From a virus (taxonomy: Duplodnaviria > Caudoviricetes): a DNA stretch of 64,000 bases. Position numbers and translations under genes: made by a program. The stretch covers positions 96,001-160,000 of the IMG/VR virus record IMGVR_UViG_3300010163_000001; one strand, 5' to 3'. The notes beneath the pieces were generated by a model. The model saw only the letters and a program-made list of their open reading frames with translations, had not been told where the DNA came from and ran no database searches. Of this stretch, positions 36,118-45,213 are shown piece by piece. Positions within the stretch are counted from its first letter, which is position 1. Every line of letters begins with the position of its first letter.

Positions 36118-38529
36118 CTAATTATCAAGATCCATATAACTAATTTCTGCATTATCTAGCAAGTCTCTCCTAAGTTGTCTCACTTCTGCTGTCTTTCCAT
36201 GTAACAAATGGAATGTTTTTAACGTCTCTTCCATATCATTAATGTTAAATCTGATTAGCTTTCTGATTTTTGGATTCAAGGTCGTAGCAAATATTACTTC
36301 TGGATCCATTTCTCCAATACCTTTGTAACGCTGGTCAATCTTAATTGTAAAGGTTCTTTCCATCATATATAGGAAATCCCCTATTGTATATCGATCATAA
36401 TCATCATTATTATCATTTCTATTTTTTACAAATACAAAGACAGAAAAATTCTTTTCTAATATATTCATAAATTTCTTTGCTGCTCTCCAGAAAATATCAT
36501 CTACAATTAAAGAGATCGATTGTTTCTCATGTGATCCATCAATCAACTTCTCTTTTATATCATAGGTTAATTCTGGAAACTCTTTTTCAATTGCTTCCTT
36601 AAATTCAAACTCATCTTTCGTGTTTTCCTTCGCAAAACATACGAATTCTAATACAGATGTTACTTCACAAGACGTCCTAGCTTTCAATCGTGTTAACTCA
36701 TCTGTATATTCCACATTTGTCTTTAGCCATTTCTTAGCATCTTTCTTCTTTAATTCAATTGCATCATTAGAATGCCACTCATGCAATACTATGTTTGTAT
36801 TGTCAGAAATGATCTTGTTAAGTACATCATAATACTCCTCTCTACTATATAAATATAGAGATCCATTATACCATTTCTTTACAGTTTTTGGATTGAGAAT
36901 TAATAATGGTGGAAGTGCTTTGTACACTTTCCCTTGTATAATGAGTTCTGGCATACATAACACAATGAATAATAATATCAAAGATGAAATATTATTCCCG
37001 TCTGTATCTGCATCTGACTCAATAATAATCTTGTCATACTTCAACTTTGTAATGTCAAAATTTGGTCCAATCCCACAGCCCAATACAACTGTCAGATTAT
37101 GAAATACTTTACATTCCTGAAATACTTTCAATGGGGACATTCCAGAAACATTGTTAACTACTCCCATGACTCCAAATACTGCTTGATATCTACTATTTCT
37201 TGCAGTATCAATTGCAACTCCTGCAGATTCTCCTTCAGCAATAATAATCTCACTGTATCCATTATAATTCCGATCTGCCAATGGATACCACATTGGTATT
37301 TCAGTATCGTCTAAGAAAGTCGTCTGCTTCTTCATAACAGCACCTTTTATTTTATGTGCTTCCATACGAATTTTTGCAATTGTTCTCAGGTATGATATAA
37401 TCCTTCGAAGTAATGCATTATTCGCATTAAAGTATTTATATAATGCTTCTGTCAATCCTTTCTTTCCATTCTTTAATACGTCCGCATTTGATACTCTAGT
37501 TTTATGCTGTCCTTCATAAGCAGGATCAATATGCTTACAATTTATACAATAAATCAATCCTTTCTTACAGTCTTCAAATGTAACTTCATACTTCGCATTT
37601 GGATCTAATTTCTTTGCTTCTCTACAGAAGAAATCACAAATTGCTCTTAATGCAACCGTTTCATGATTTCCTCCCTCTGTCGTATTTACATAATTACAAT
37701 AACTATTCACGATCGTGTCATCAATTGTCTTATCATAAGAAAATGCCAATTCCAAATCAAAGTCATCTGTAATAGATACAACTTCCACTGGATTAAATTC
37801 CAAACTGGAACTGAGGTATCGCACATTCTCAGCTAATCCTTGCCTCTTATATTTTATTACCCGAGACGGTTTCTTTTTTGCATAATCCTTCGGATCAATG
37901 TCTTTATCATATTCATAAAGATTAACCTTAATATCATTTCTCATGATATAAGACATTCTTCGAAAGTAATCTTCTATTTGATAACACTCTAATTTCACAT
38001 CTCCTTTCAAATATTCTGAAGAGGGAATAAATTTTACTGCTAATCCATATTTCGGACTTTTTAGTTTTACCGGTTTATGATCCTTAATCTCTCCATCAAC
38101 AACTTCTACCATTTTAGATTCATTTCCTCGATAAGATATCATGGAGAAATACTTAGCACATGCCGCAGATACTACCAAACCGACGCCATTCCTACCACAT
38201 TGCTCTTTCATTTGTTGACCTTCACGAATGAATTTTGTAGATGTATGCTTTTTTGTACATACATCTAGTAACTTATCAAATGGGATTCCTCTACTAGAAT
38301 CAATTGTCATAAAACTTTGCTCTACTTCATCAAATATTGCATCAAATTCTGTAGATAATGCTTCTGGATTTACAGCTTCATCAAATTCATTATTCACTAA
38401 TTCTTTGATGATGTGTTTTGCTCCGTCCGTACCTAATTTTGAAATATACATACCGAGAGCAGTTCGAATTTGTTCGAACTCATCATCAATTTCCATATAA
38501 ACATCATCTTTAATGTTTTTTAACTCCAT
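36118..38529 (-). CDS. gyrB: Type IIA topoisomerase subunit B (GyrB/ParE-like)
   Basis: GMYI, ELVNNEFDE, DSSRGIP, GRNGVGL, EGGNHE, TOPRIM AEGESAG and DADTDG, QRYKGIGEM. Confidence 0.92.
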   Translation of the reverse strand: MELKNIKDDVYMEIDDEFEQIRTALGMYISKLGTDGAKHIIKELVNNEFDEAVNPEALSTEFDAIFDEVEQSFMTIDSSRGIPFDKLLDVCTKKHTSTKFIREGQQMKEQCGRNGVGLVVSAACAKYFSMISYRGNESKMVEVVDGEIKDHKPVKLKSPKYGLAVKFIPSSEYLKGDVKLECYQIEDYFRRMSYIMRNDIKVNLYEYDKDIDPKDYAKKKPSRVIKYKRQGLAENVRYLSSSLEFNPVEVVSITDDFDLELAFSYDKTIDDTIVNSYCNYVNTTEGGNHETVALRAICDFFCREAKKLDPNAKYEVTFEDCKKGLIYCINCKHIDPAYEGQHKTRVSNADVLKNGKKGLTEALYKYFNANNALLRRIISYLRTIAKIRMEAHKIKGAVMKKQTTFLDDTEIPMWYPLADRNYNGYSEIIIAEGESAGVAIDTARNSRYQAVFGVMGVVNNVSGMSPLKVFQECKVFHNLTVVLGCGIGPNFDITKLKYDKIIIESDADTDGNNISSLILLFIVLCMPELIIQGKVYKALPPLLILNPKTVKKWYNGSLYLYSREEYYDVLNKIISDNTNIVLHEWHSNDAIELKKKDAKKWLKTNVEYTDELTRLKARTSCEVTSVLEFVCFAKENTKDEFEFKEAIEKEFPELTYDIKEKLIDGSHEKQSISLIVDDIFWRAAKKFMNILEKNFSVFVFVKNRNDNNDDYDRYTIGDFLYMMERTFTIKIDQRYKGIGEMDPEVIFATTLNPKIRKLIRFNINDMEETLKTFHLLHGKTAEVRQLRRDLLDNAEISYMDLDN

Positions 38530-38651
38530 TGGTTTTCACTCCTTTCTAAATGATTTGTTTTGATATATTTTTATTTTAAAAATATATCAAGGTATTCCCA
38601 CTTACATAAAAAGAATATATTTACATTTAAAAAATAAAAAAAGAGCAGCGA

Positions 38652-38906
38652 TTAATCGCTGCTCTCCTCGTTTTCAAGGCGATTGATCACCTGATCAAAC
38701 AGAGGTTTAATATCGTTTCTGACTTGATATTGAACCTTTGATATGTTTGTTACGAATACATCCTGATTAGGATAACGTTCACCCGTAACCTTGATCATGT
38801 CAATTGCCCTATCAACTAAAGCACATGCCTTTGCAAGCATATCTTTTTGTTCTTCATGCGATAAAGCATTCCATTGTTCTTGTGTCATACTTATTCCTCC
38901 TTTCAT
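38652..38906 (-). CDS. Small hypothetical protein, paralog of the C-terminal part of 40285..40743
   Basis: ACALVDRAIDMIKV...QYQVRNDI vs ACDVIDRACDTIKI...QYRVRNEI; probable start at MTQEQ. Confidence 0.65.
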   Translation of the reverse strand: MKGGISMTQEQWNALSHEEQKDMLAKACALVDRAIDMIKVTGERYPNQDVFVTNISKVQYQVRNDIKPLFDQVINRLENEESSD

Positions 38907-38951
38907 CTTAATAAAAGAATATATAGAGGAAAGTATGAATTATGCGTAATA

Positions 38952-40205
38952 TTAATCTTTAATAGTTCTTGTCCCTCGTGTTTCGCGAATAATATTTTGA
39001 TTATCTTTCACGACAGTATAACCGTCATCATATAATTCTGTTAACGTATCTTTGTAAAAGACTGGATAACGAGAAGACCATCCTGCTGCATGTTCATGTC
39101 CTCCACCATTCATACCAAATGCTTTAAAGAAGCATGTAGCAACAATTTCACAATTTAATCCGTTATTTTTCTTTGAATACATGCTATATTTATATTGCTC
39201 TCCATCAAATGTAAAGATAGAAACAGCATCATATTCTTCAAATTTATCTCCAAATACTTCACTATTTCCTCTTGCATTCACGCATAAAATTTTTGCGACC
39301 CTTTTATAGTCTTTCATGTCTATTTTTATTCCGGCTTCAAATGATGAATTAGCAATTAGTTGCTCATTGCGTACTTTATCAATTTCAGAAACTGTTCTTC
39401 CTTTATTAATCAGATAGCTTAGTTGTTGATCACCTAAAGGTATTATTTTCCAAGCAAGATTTATATCATTAATATCGGATTTTGAAATTTCTTTATAAAC
39501 TGCCCGATACCAAACGCAATCTTTATTCATTTCTAACCATCTTGAAGATACGCTCCTAAGATCTTTCATAATATATATAAAAAATGGATATACATCTTCG
39601 CCGTTATACTTTAAAAATGCATTGTTCAATCCAGTAATATTACATCCCATAACAAAGTTTGTCGATTCAGATAATTCTTGCCTCCAGGTATCATAATCAG
39701 AAACTAATTCAACAACCCGAGGAACATAAGGTTTATTTAGTCCTTCTAAAGCGCTTTCTTTAGAAGGACATATTATAGACATTGAACTACTGAGCTTATT
39801 CCAGATGTAAAGCATGTAAATATATGTTAAATAACATCCTGCATATTTTGGATCTTTTGTATAAACAAATCCTTTCTTTGCTAATTCTTCGAGTTCTGAA
39901 TGCTCTTTAATTAACCGATTAGATGAATCATGGTGGTCAATCCAGATAATATCAACCCCTTCATCCATCAGACGGATAACATTCTCGATATCATTTGTTC
40001 TCGTAAATGAATAATCCACAATAAACATCCGGTCTCCTGATTTAACTTCTGAGACATCCATATCTTTCGAATGTTCTACTGATTGAAATATCATTTCGAT
40101 GTTTTCTGCATGATAGGGATGACTTTCAAATGAAAGCAATGCTTTCAAAACTGCTGCTGCACAATAACCATCTGCATCAAAGTGATGAAAAATAAAAGTG
40201 TTCAT
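38952..40205 (-). CDS. DHH/DHHA1-family phosphoesterase (probable start MNTFIF at 40205)
   Basis: HHFDADG, IVDYS, WIDHH, DYDTW, GGGHEHAAG; AGGAGG RBS before 40205. Confidence 0.88.
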   Translation of the reverse strand: MNTFIFHHFDADGYCAAAVLKALLSFESHPYHAENIEMIFQSVEHSKDMDVSEVKSGDRMFIVDYSFTRTNDIENVIRLMDEGVDIIWIDHHDSSNRLIKEHSELEELAKKGFVYTKDPKYAGCYLTYIYMLYIWNKLSSSMSIICPSKESALEGLNKPYVPRVVELVSDYDTWRQELSESTNFVMGCNITGLNNAFLKYNGEDVYPFFIYIMKDLRSVSSRWLEMNKDCVWYRAVYKEISKSDINDINLAWKIIPLGDQQLSYLINKGRTVSEIDKVRNEQLIANSSFEAGIKIDMKDYKRVAKILCVNARGNSEVFGDKFEEYDAVSIFTFDGEQYKYSMYSKKNNGLNCEIVATCFFKAFGMNGGGHEHAAGWSSRYPVFYKDTLTELYDDGYTVVKDNQNIIRETRGTRTIKD

Positions 40206-40284
40206 TAAATAAAAACCTCCTTTTAATAAAAAATAATTATTGGAATGGCTTATAAAGAAAGCCATTCCAATATAAATTTCATAA

Positions 40285-40743
40285 TTAGCGATGTACTTCC
40301 GGTTTTGCCCATGAAGAATTCCCGCCGCTTCTTCCTCGGCTTCCATTTCCTCGTGACTTGTTATTCGATTTTAATGCCGCTCCGTACATCTTAATTATTT
40401 CGTTCCTTACCCGATATTGGGTTTCTGAGACATTGTCTCGCATCTTTTGTTCTGACTCCTTAGATAAATCTAAGGAAATCTTAATTGTGTCACATGCTCT
40501 GTCGATAACATCACATGCAAATCTTAAATCGTCTTCCGGAATGGGATCGAGATACAAGTCTTTTTCACATTCATTGCACACATATTTTAATTCACCATGT
40601 TGCCTGTCTCTTGCTGGAATGATATCAAGATCTCCGGTTTTTGGCTTTGTATGTGTACAATCACACATATTTTTCTCATTCAACTTGTGAAGGTTCCTCT
40701 CCTGCTCTCGGATCGCTCCCTTCCTTTTCTTTGGATTTGCCAT
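40285..40743 (-). CDS. Basic Zn-binding hypothetical protein
   Basis: CDCTH...CNEC, K/R-rich N-terminus, RG-rich C-terminus; AAGGAG RBS. Confidence 0.65.
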   Translation of the reverse strand: MANPKKRKGAIREQERNLHKLNEKNMCDCTHTKPKTGDLDIIPARDRQHGELKYVCNECEKDLYLDPIPEDDLRFACDVIDRACDTIKISLDLSKESEQKMRDNVSETQYRVRNEIIKMYGAALKSNNKSRGNGSRGRSGGNSSWAKPEVHR

Positions 40744-40905
40744 TTTGCATTTCTCCTTTCAATTTGTTTGTGTTATTGCGCAAGAACACAATACGGTTTC
40801 CCGATTACGGTAAAGTTCGATATCATATAAAAATCTATTTTAATCGTACTTCTGTAATCGGGAAACCATCGGTTGTATTCCTCATAAACAATATATTCTT
40901 ATTTT

Positions 40906-41211
40906 TTATCTTAATGTAATTGGGTCAATACGTTTGTCTTTATCCTTTTCAGATAAAACATTTATTGTCTCAATAAATTCAGTCGTTAAAAATGTTTCAA
41001 ATTCGATTGCGGGATATCCATGACTAATATCTTTATGTTTTATTATCATGCAATCGGCCCCTCCAATTGTATCGAACGAAATATCGCTGAGTTGTGGAGA
41101 ACTTTGATATCCTATGAATAGATGTTTTCCATTATTCAAACTAATTGAATTTATTCGATCTCCATATTTGTCAAACATTTCCTTGACACCTTCATTTGTC
41201 CATAATGCCAT
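40906..41211 (-). CDS. Hypothetical protein
   Basis: 101 aa, AAGGAGG RBS. Confidence 0.65.
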   Translation of the reverse strand: MALWTNEGVKEMFDKYGDRINSISLNNGKHLFIGYQSSPQLSDISFDTIGGADCMIIKHKDISHGYPAIEFETFLTTEFIETINVLSEKDKDKRIDPITLR

Positions 41212-41231
41212 CTCGTAATCCTCCTTATATC

Positions 41232-41708
41232 TTATATGATAATTTTAATTAATCGGGTGTTTATCTCAGATTCTTTTTCTCTATGCGCATGTATTTCTTT
41301 CTGCATCTTTGAGGTTTCTTCTGCATTTAACACATCTGATAAGCTAAGACACTCACCAACAGTCGTTACGACATTGCTTAAACTTTGAATATATTCAAAG
41401 TTTGTGGCACCTACTGTATGAAGGTTTGATAATTGAGTTTCGATTTCTTCAATGGAGAAACTTTCACGAACATCTTTTAGCCCCGCAGATAACGATTCAA
41501 TTGAATTCTCTATCCTAGTCAATCTTTCGTCCTCCTCTATTCTGCGTTGTTCTTCTTGCTCTCGTCGTATATTTTCATTTTCTTCTACGAGAGCTTTAAA
41601 GTCTTCCGACTCTTTTGCTCTCTTATTCTGGTTAACTCCTATCAATGCTACAATAATTGTAGTTGCTGCTGAAATTAAGATACTAAGAATAGAAATGAAA
41701 TATTCCAT
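41232..41708 (-). CDS. Membrane-anchored coiled-coil protein (lysis accessory?)
   Basis: N-terminal TM helix followed by coiled coil; near the holin; late-type promoter at 41782-41793. Confidence 0.6.
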   Translation of the reverse strand: MEYFISILSILISAATTIIVALIGVNQNKRAKESEDFKALVEENENIRREQEEQRRIEEDERLTRIENSIESLSAGLKDVRESFSIEEIETQLSNLHTVGATNFEYIQSLSNVVTTVGECLSLSDVLNAEETSKMQKEIHAHREKESEINTRLIKIII

Positions 41709-41802
41709 CTATGTCACCACCTTATCCTCCTTTTTCGGATTATTTTTTAAAAGACTTATGATATTCTTAGTACCGTAATTTTATTTAAATGTTACGGAAT
41801 AA

Positions 41803-41836
41803 AATCATGTCAGACTTTTAAAAGTCTGACATGATT
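41803..41836 (-). terminator. Perfect 34-bp palindrome, probable terminator
   Basis: AATCATGTCAGACTTTT/AAAAGTCTGACATGATT. Confidence 0.65.
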
Positions 41837-41908
41837 CATGAGGGGTAACACATCAATTATAAATACTTTAGGATAGCCTTTTGCTTTAGTATAAAGTTTA
41901 TGTGTGTA

Positions 41909-42079
41909 TTAAAATTTATTCTTTAATACATATTTTCGATATTCTTCCTCTGTCATTTCTGTAATACGTCCACATTTCGAACAAGGGAAGTCTATCTTTC
42001 CATTATTTTTATTTAGATGATAGTTTTCTATCAGTTCTCCACACTTTTTACATTTAATAGGAAACGCAATGGCAATCAT
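41909..42079 (-). CDS. Small Zn-ribbon protein, 56 aa (MIAIAFPIKCKKCGELI...FPCSKCGRITE...)
   Basis: TAATG overlap with the holin stop; two CxxC pairs. Confidence 0.65.
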   Translation of the reverse strand: MIAIAFPIKCKKCGELIENYHLNKNNGKIDFPCSKCGRITEMTEEEYRKYVLKNKF

Positions 42080-42402
42080 TACAAATCTCCATTCTTATAA
42101 TTAGTAATCTGCTTCTTGATCTGATTTACATACGTACTTGCTGCGGCACAAATGATACCTTGTACAATGATTTCAAGAATCATGCCGATTACCTCTTGAT
42201 ATGTTTTTGGTGTTGGAGTAACTGAACAGATATAAAAAGCTGCCAGTAATATTCCAAATACCCCATTAATCATTGGAATCCAGCAATCTGCAACAAGAGA
42301 AGTCCTCTTCAGAGCGATTCCAATAAAATAAAGGGCAACCGCCAGTACAACCATTTCAGGTTTAAGATACTGTGCAATAACTTCATATTCCATATATATC
42401 AC
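42079..42402 (-). CDS. Phage holin (3-TM clostridial type)
   Basis: YLKPEMVVLAVALYFIGIALK...WIPMINGVFGILL...IVQGIICAAASTYVNQIKKQ. Confidence 0.85.
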   Translation of the reverse strand: MIYMEYEVIAQYLKPEMVVLAVALYFIGIALKRTSLVADCWIPMINGVFGILLAAFYICSVTPTPKTYQEVIGMILEIIVQGIICAAASTYVNQIKKQITNYKNGDL

Positions 42403-42450
42403 ATCCTTTTTTTATTTTTAAATAAATGTAATTATTCTTAAATAAAAAAA

Positions 42451-42709
42451 GATGAAAGAGTACTGCTGTCATCCAGTGGATCAGGACTTACGAGAGAGTT
42501 GCCTTTTATTGACAACTTCAGTTTGTCCACTGGAATCTTGCAGTACTCCAAGTTACTGTTTTAACAATGATAAAAGGTTTCCGTGTGAATTTACCATTAA
42601 TATAATATGATTCTGATTGTTTTTCGGTAATATAGGCATGACTTCCCTACCTACTAAACTGATACTAATGATAATATAATACCGGAAGTCACACTTCTTT
42701 CCTTTCATC
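42451..42709 (-). ncRNA. Candidate ~260-nt structured non-coding RNA
   Basis: Closing stem GATGAAAG/CTTTCATC (42451-42458 with 42702-42709); internal stems GAGTACTGC/GCAGTACTC, TCCAGTGGA/TCCACTGGA, TGACTTCC/GGAAGTCA; promoter motif at 42715-42724; T run after the 3' end; no ORF. Confidence 0.5.
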
Positions 42710-42746
42710 ATTATAAGAATATATCATTGTATTTTCAAAGTTTAAC

Positions 42747-43988
42747 TTAAATACTATATCTATAATTACCATAATTGTAATAAACACGCTTTGGTTCTGG
42801 TAATTTGATATAATCTATAGAATCTCTTGCTCTTGTAATGGCAGTATATCGCAATCTCTTTATCATATCTCTTTTCGCATGACCAAAAGGTTCATCCATA
42901 AATAATACTCTTGGATATTCAGAACCCTGTGATAGATGAACTGTAATTGCATATGCATATTCAAATCTTGATAAATTTGTAAATCCAAAATCTTTTCGTT
43001 CCTCATGATTTGCTTTTAGATATTTATAATCAACTTTTAGTTTTTCAAATGAATCTTCCATAAAGTCTGGTTTAAAATCCATATATAATATATCACGATG
43101 AAGGCTACAATAATTTGCATCTGTTACATATCCAATTAATCCATTTGTAAGATAAATGCCATTTAGACATTCTCCCCAATCATTTTTCCTACAAATCATT
43201 TTTTCATTCAAGATTGGTTTTGGAGAATCAAGATGAAGAATTTCTTTTCGAATCCGGTTATTAAATTCATCTCTTGTCTTATTTTTTGCACATAAAATGA
43301 TATCATAATCGCGCAATAAGTTTTCTCCGAAATCGACAGTAGAGATAACTCTGGATTTTCCATATGTGCCATAATCAATCGGGATATCATTTAAAATGCA
43401 TTGAGAAAGATGAATAATTGGGTCACCTTCCGCTTGTCTCATAATTTTTGTTAATACAAAATCCGGATTATCTAAATCAGATGCGTTTCCAAATACGGGA
43501 GGCAACTGATTTTGATCTCCAGCCATAACTATTGGAATACCAAAGGATAATAAATCTGCCAACATGGAATCATTTACCATACCACGTTCATCAATAAATA
43601 TTAATTTTAAATCTTTTGAAACATGACTTTTTAATATAAATTTTAAAGATTTTCTGAATTTCTCTTCTGGGTTTCCAAATTCATCAAATACAACTTCTTT
43701 TTCCTTTACTATAGTTGGTGTATATGCAAAAGAGTGGATTGTACTTGCATTTAATCCCTGTCTCATCAATACTAAGACAGCTTTTCCGACGTATGCGCAA
43801 GCAATTACTTCATCATTTGTTAAATTGAGTTCTTCTATCATAGACTTCATAACTGTTGTTTTTCCCGTCCCAGCGGCTCCAGAATAATAAAAATATGGTT
43901 TTCCAGAACCAAAATGATGATACCAATGAATCATTTTTCGTTTCAGTTCTTTCTGTTCATCTGTCAGTTCAATTGACAAAGTCATCAC
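42747..43988 (-). CDS. SF1B helicase (RecD/Dda/exonuclease V alpha-like)
   Basis: GAAGTGKT, ASTIHS, IDERGM, GDQNQLPPV, LTKIMRQ, NGLIG, YAYAITVHLSQGSEY, YTAITRA. Confidence 0.9.
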   Translation of the reverse strand: MMTLSIELTDEQKELKRKMIHWYHHFGSGKPYFYYSGAAGTGKTTVMKSMIEELNLTNDEVIACAYVGKAVLVLMRQGLNASTIHSFAYTPTIVKEKEVVFDEFGNPEEKFRKSLKFILKSHVSKDLKLIFIDERGMVNDSMLADLLSFGIPIVMAGDQNQLPPVFGNASDLDNPDFVLTKIMRQAEGDPIIHLSQCILNDIPIDYGTYGKSRVISTVDFGENLLRDYDIILCAKNKTRDEFNNRIRKEILHLDSPKPILNEKMICRKNDWGECLNGIYLTNGLIGYVTDANYCSLHRDILYMDFKPDFMEDSFEKLKVDYKYLKANHEERKDFGFTNLSRFEYAYAITVHLSQGSEYPRVLFMDEPFGHAKRDMIKRLRYTAITRARDSIDYIKLPEPKRVYYNYGNYRYSI

Positions 43989-44065
43989 TCCTTTCTTTTT
44001 TTATTCGTTATATTTTTAAAACTTTTCTATAATAAATGTTTGACAATAAATGGAGGTGAAAATAT

Positions 44066-44467
44066 ATGGGAAGCAATTGGAAATTGGGAAATGTAGAAGC
44101 TGGTTACACAATCGGAGAACAAACTGGAAATAAATTAAAAGTTTATATTCCAAAAATAACCCCATTAATGGGATTGCCTGATAAACCAGAAGAAACAACA
44201 TTTCCCCTTACTGGAAGTTGTTTTATTAATGATGATAAATGTAAACCGTCTGTTAGTAGTTCTGTTACTGTAAGAAATTATATTGAAGTCCCCCTTAGCA
44301 CAACAGCAAAGGATATTCAATCATTATCAAATTCGGTATCGAAACTGACAGGCGGTGATTCTAAAGAATTTAATCCATCGAAAGGAATCCCTCATAAAAC
44401 AAAAGTATCTATCGAAATTCAAAATAATGATGTTGCGTATATGAAAATTAAAAATCTATATAATTAG
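44066..44467 (+). CDS. Hypothetical protein, possibly baseplate-associated
   Basis: GGAGGTG RBS, late-type motif at 44020-44031, co-transcribed with the wedge-like gene. Confidence 0.55.
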   Translation: MGSNWKLGNVEAGYTIGEQTGNKLKVYIPKITPLMGLPDKPEETTFPLTGSCFINDDKCKPSVSSSVTVRNYIEVPLSTTAKDIQSLSNSVSKLTGGDSKEFNPSKGIPHKTKVSIEIQNNDVAYMKIKNLYN

Positions 44468-44478
44468 GGGGTGATAGT

Positions 44479-44988
44479 TTGGCAGAGATTCAAGGATCTT
44501 CAATTGATGAGTTTATTGAAAATTATAGGGATATGGATATTAACTTTGATAAGATGCACTTAAAAGAAATAGCTAATCTCACAGATGATGGTTCATCAAC
44601 TTCTGAAGTAATTATATTAGACGAACCACTGATGGATAAATATAGAGAAGACTTAGAAACTATTCTTACACAAAAAACTTTTACAAGTAAAGAGAAAAGT
44701 GTATACTTATATAATCCCTGGAAATTGTCTTATGATCTTTATGGTTCTACAGAATATTGGTGGTTATTGCTAGATGCAAATCAGATGCATTCGGTTACAG
44801 AATTTAATAAAACAACAATCAATGTATATGAGGGAATATTGCCAACTATGATAGGGTATATTCTAAATCTAGAAGAAGCTACGATTAAAAAGAATAATTC
44901 TGAATTGGAATTGTCTGAATTATTTGACAATATTGATTATGATAATAGTGATAGCTACGACGATATTTCTGAAGATAGTTTTGACTGA
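44479..44988 (+). CDS. Baseplate wedge-like protein (T4 gp53/LysM-like motif)
   Basis: YNPWKLSYDLYGSTEYWWLLLDAN motif. Confidence 0.6.
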   Translation: MAEIQGSSIDEFIENYRDMDINFDKMHLKEIANLTDDGSSTSEVIILDEPLMDKYREDLETILTQKTFTSKEKSVYLYNPWKLSYDLYGSTEYWWLLLDANQMHSVTEFNKTTINVYEGILPTMIGYILNLEEATIKKNNSELELSELFDNIDYDNSDSYDDISEDSFD

Positions 44989-45022
44989 AATAGGTAGATG
45001 GTTTTTAACCATCTACCTATTT
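44988..45022. terminator. Bidirectional terminator
   Basis: AAATAGGTAGATGG...CCATCTACCTATTT between convergent genes. Confidence 0.8.
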
Positions 45023-45025
45023 ATT

Positions 45026-45196
45026 TTAAGATTTTGGAATATTTGGATCTTCAATTTCTTTATTTAAATACATTTCTCGTGCTTTATCTACACTCATTTT
45101 TAATTTTACAGATGGATTTTCTTTATCTTCCAGAATGATTCCAGTAACAATGTCCGGATGATCTGGAACATGTGCATATCCTGCAATATTATACAT
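45026..45196 (-). CDS. Small hypothetical protein, 56 aa (MYNIAGYAHVPDHPDIVTGIILED...)
   Basis: AAGGAG RBS 8 nt upstream; fills the gap between dnaB and the terminator. Confidence 0.55.
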   Translation of the reverse strand: MYNIAGYAHVPDHPDIVTGIILEDKENPSVKLKMSVDKAREMYLNKEIEDPNIPKS

Positions 45197-45213
45197 ATAT
45201 CATTCTCCTTTCT

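Noticed and set aside
40206-40346. N-terminal extension of the DHH gene given in the ORF track
   Set aside because: It overlaps the upstream gene; an AGGAGG RBS and the first DHH motif support a start at 40205.
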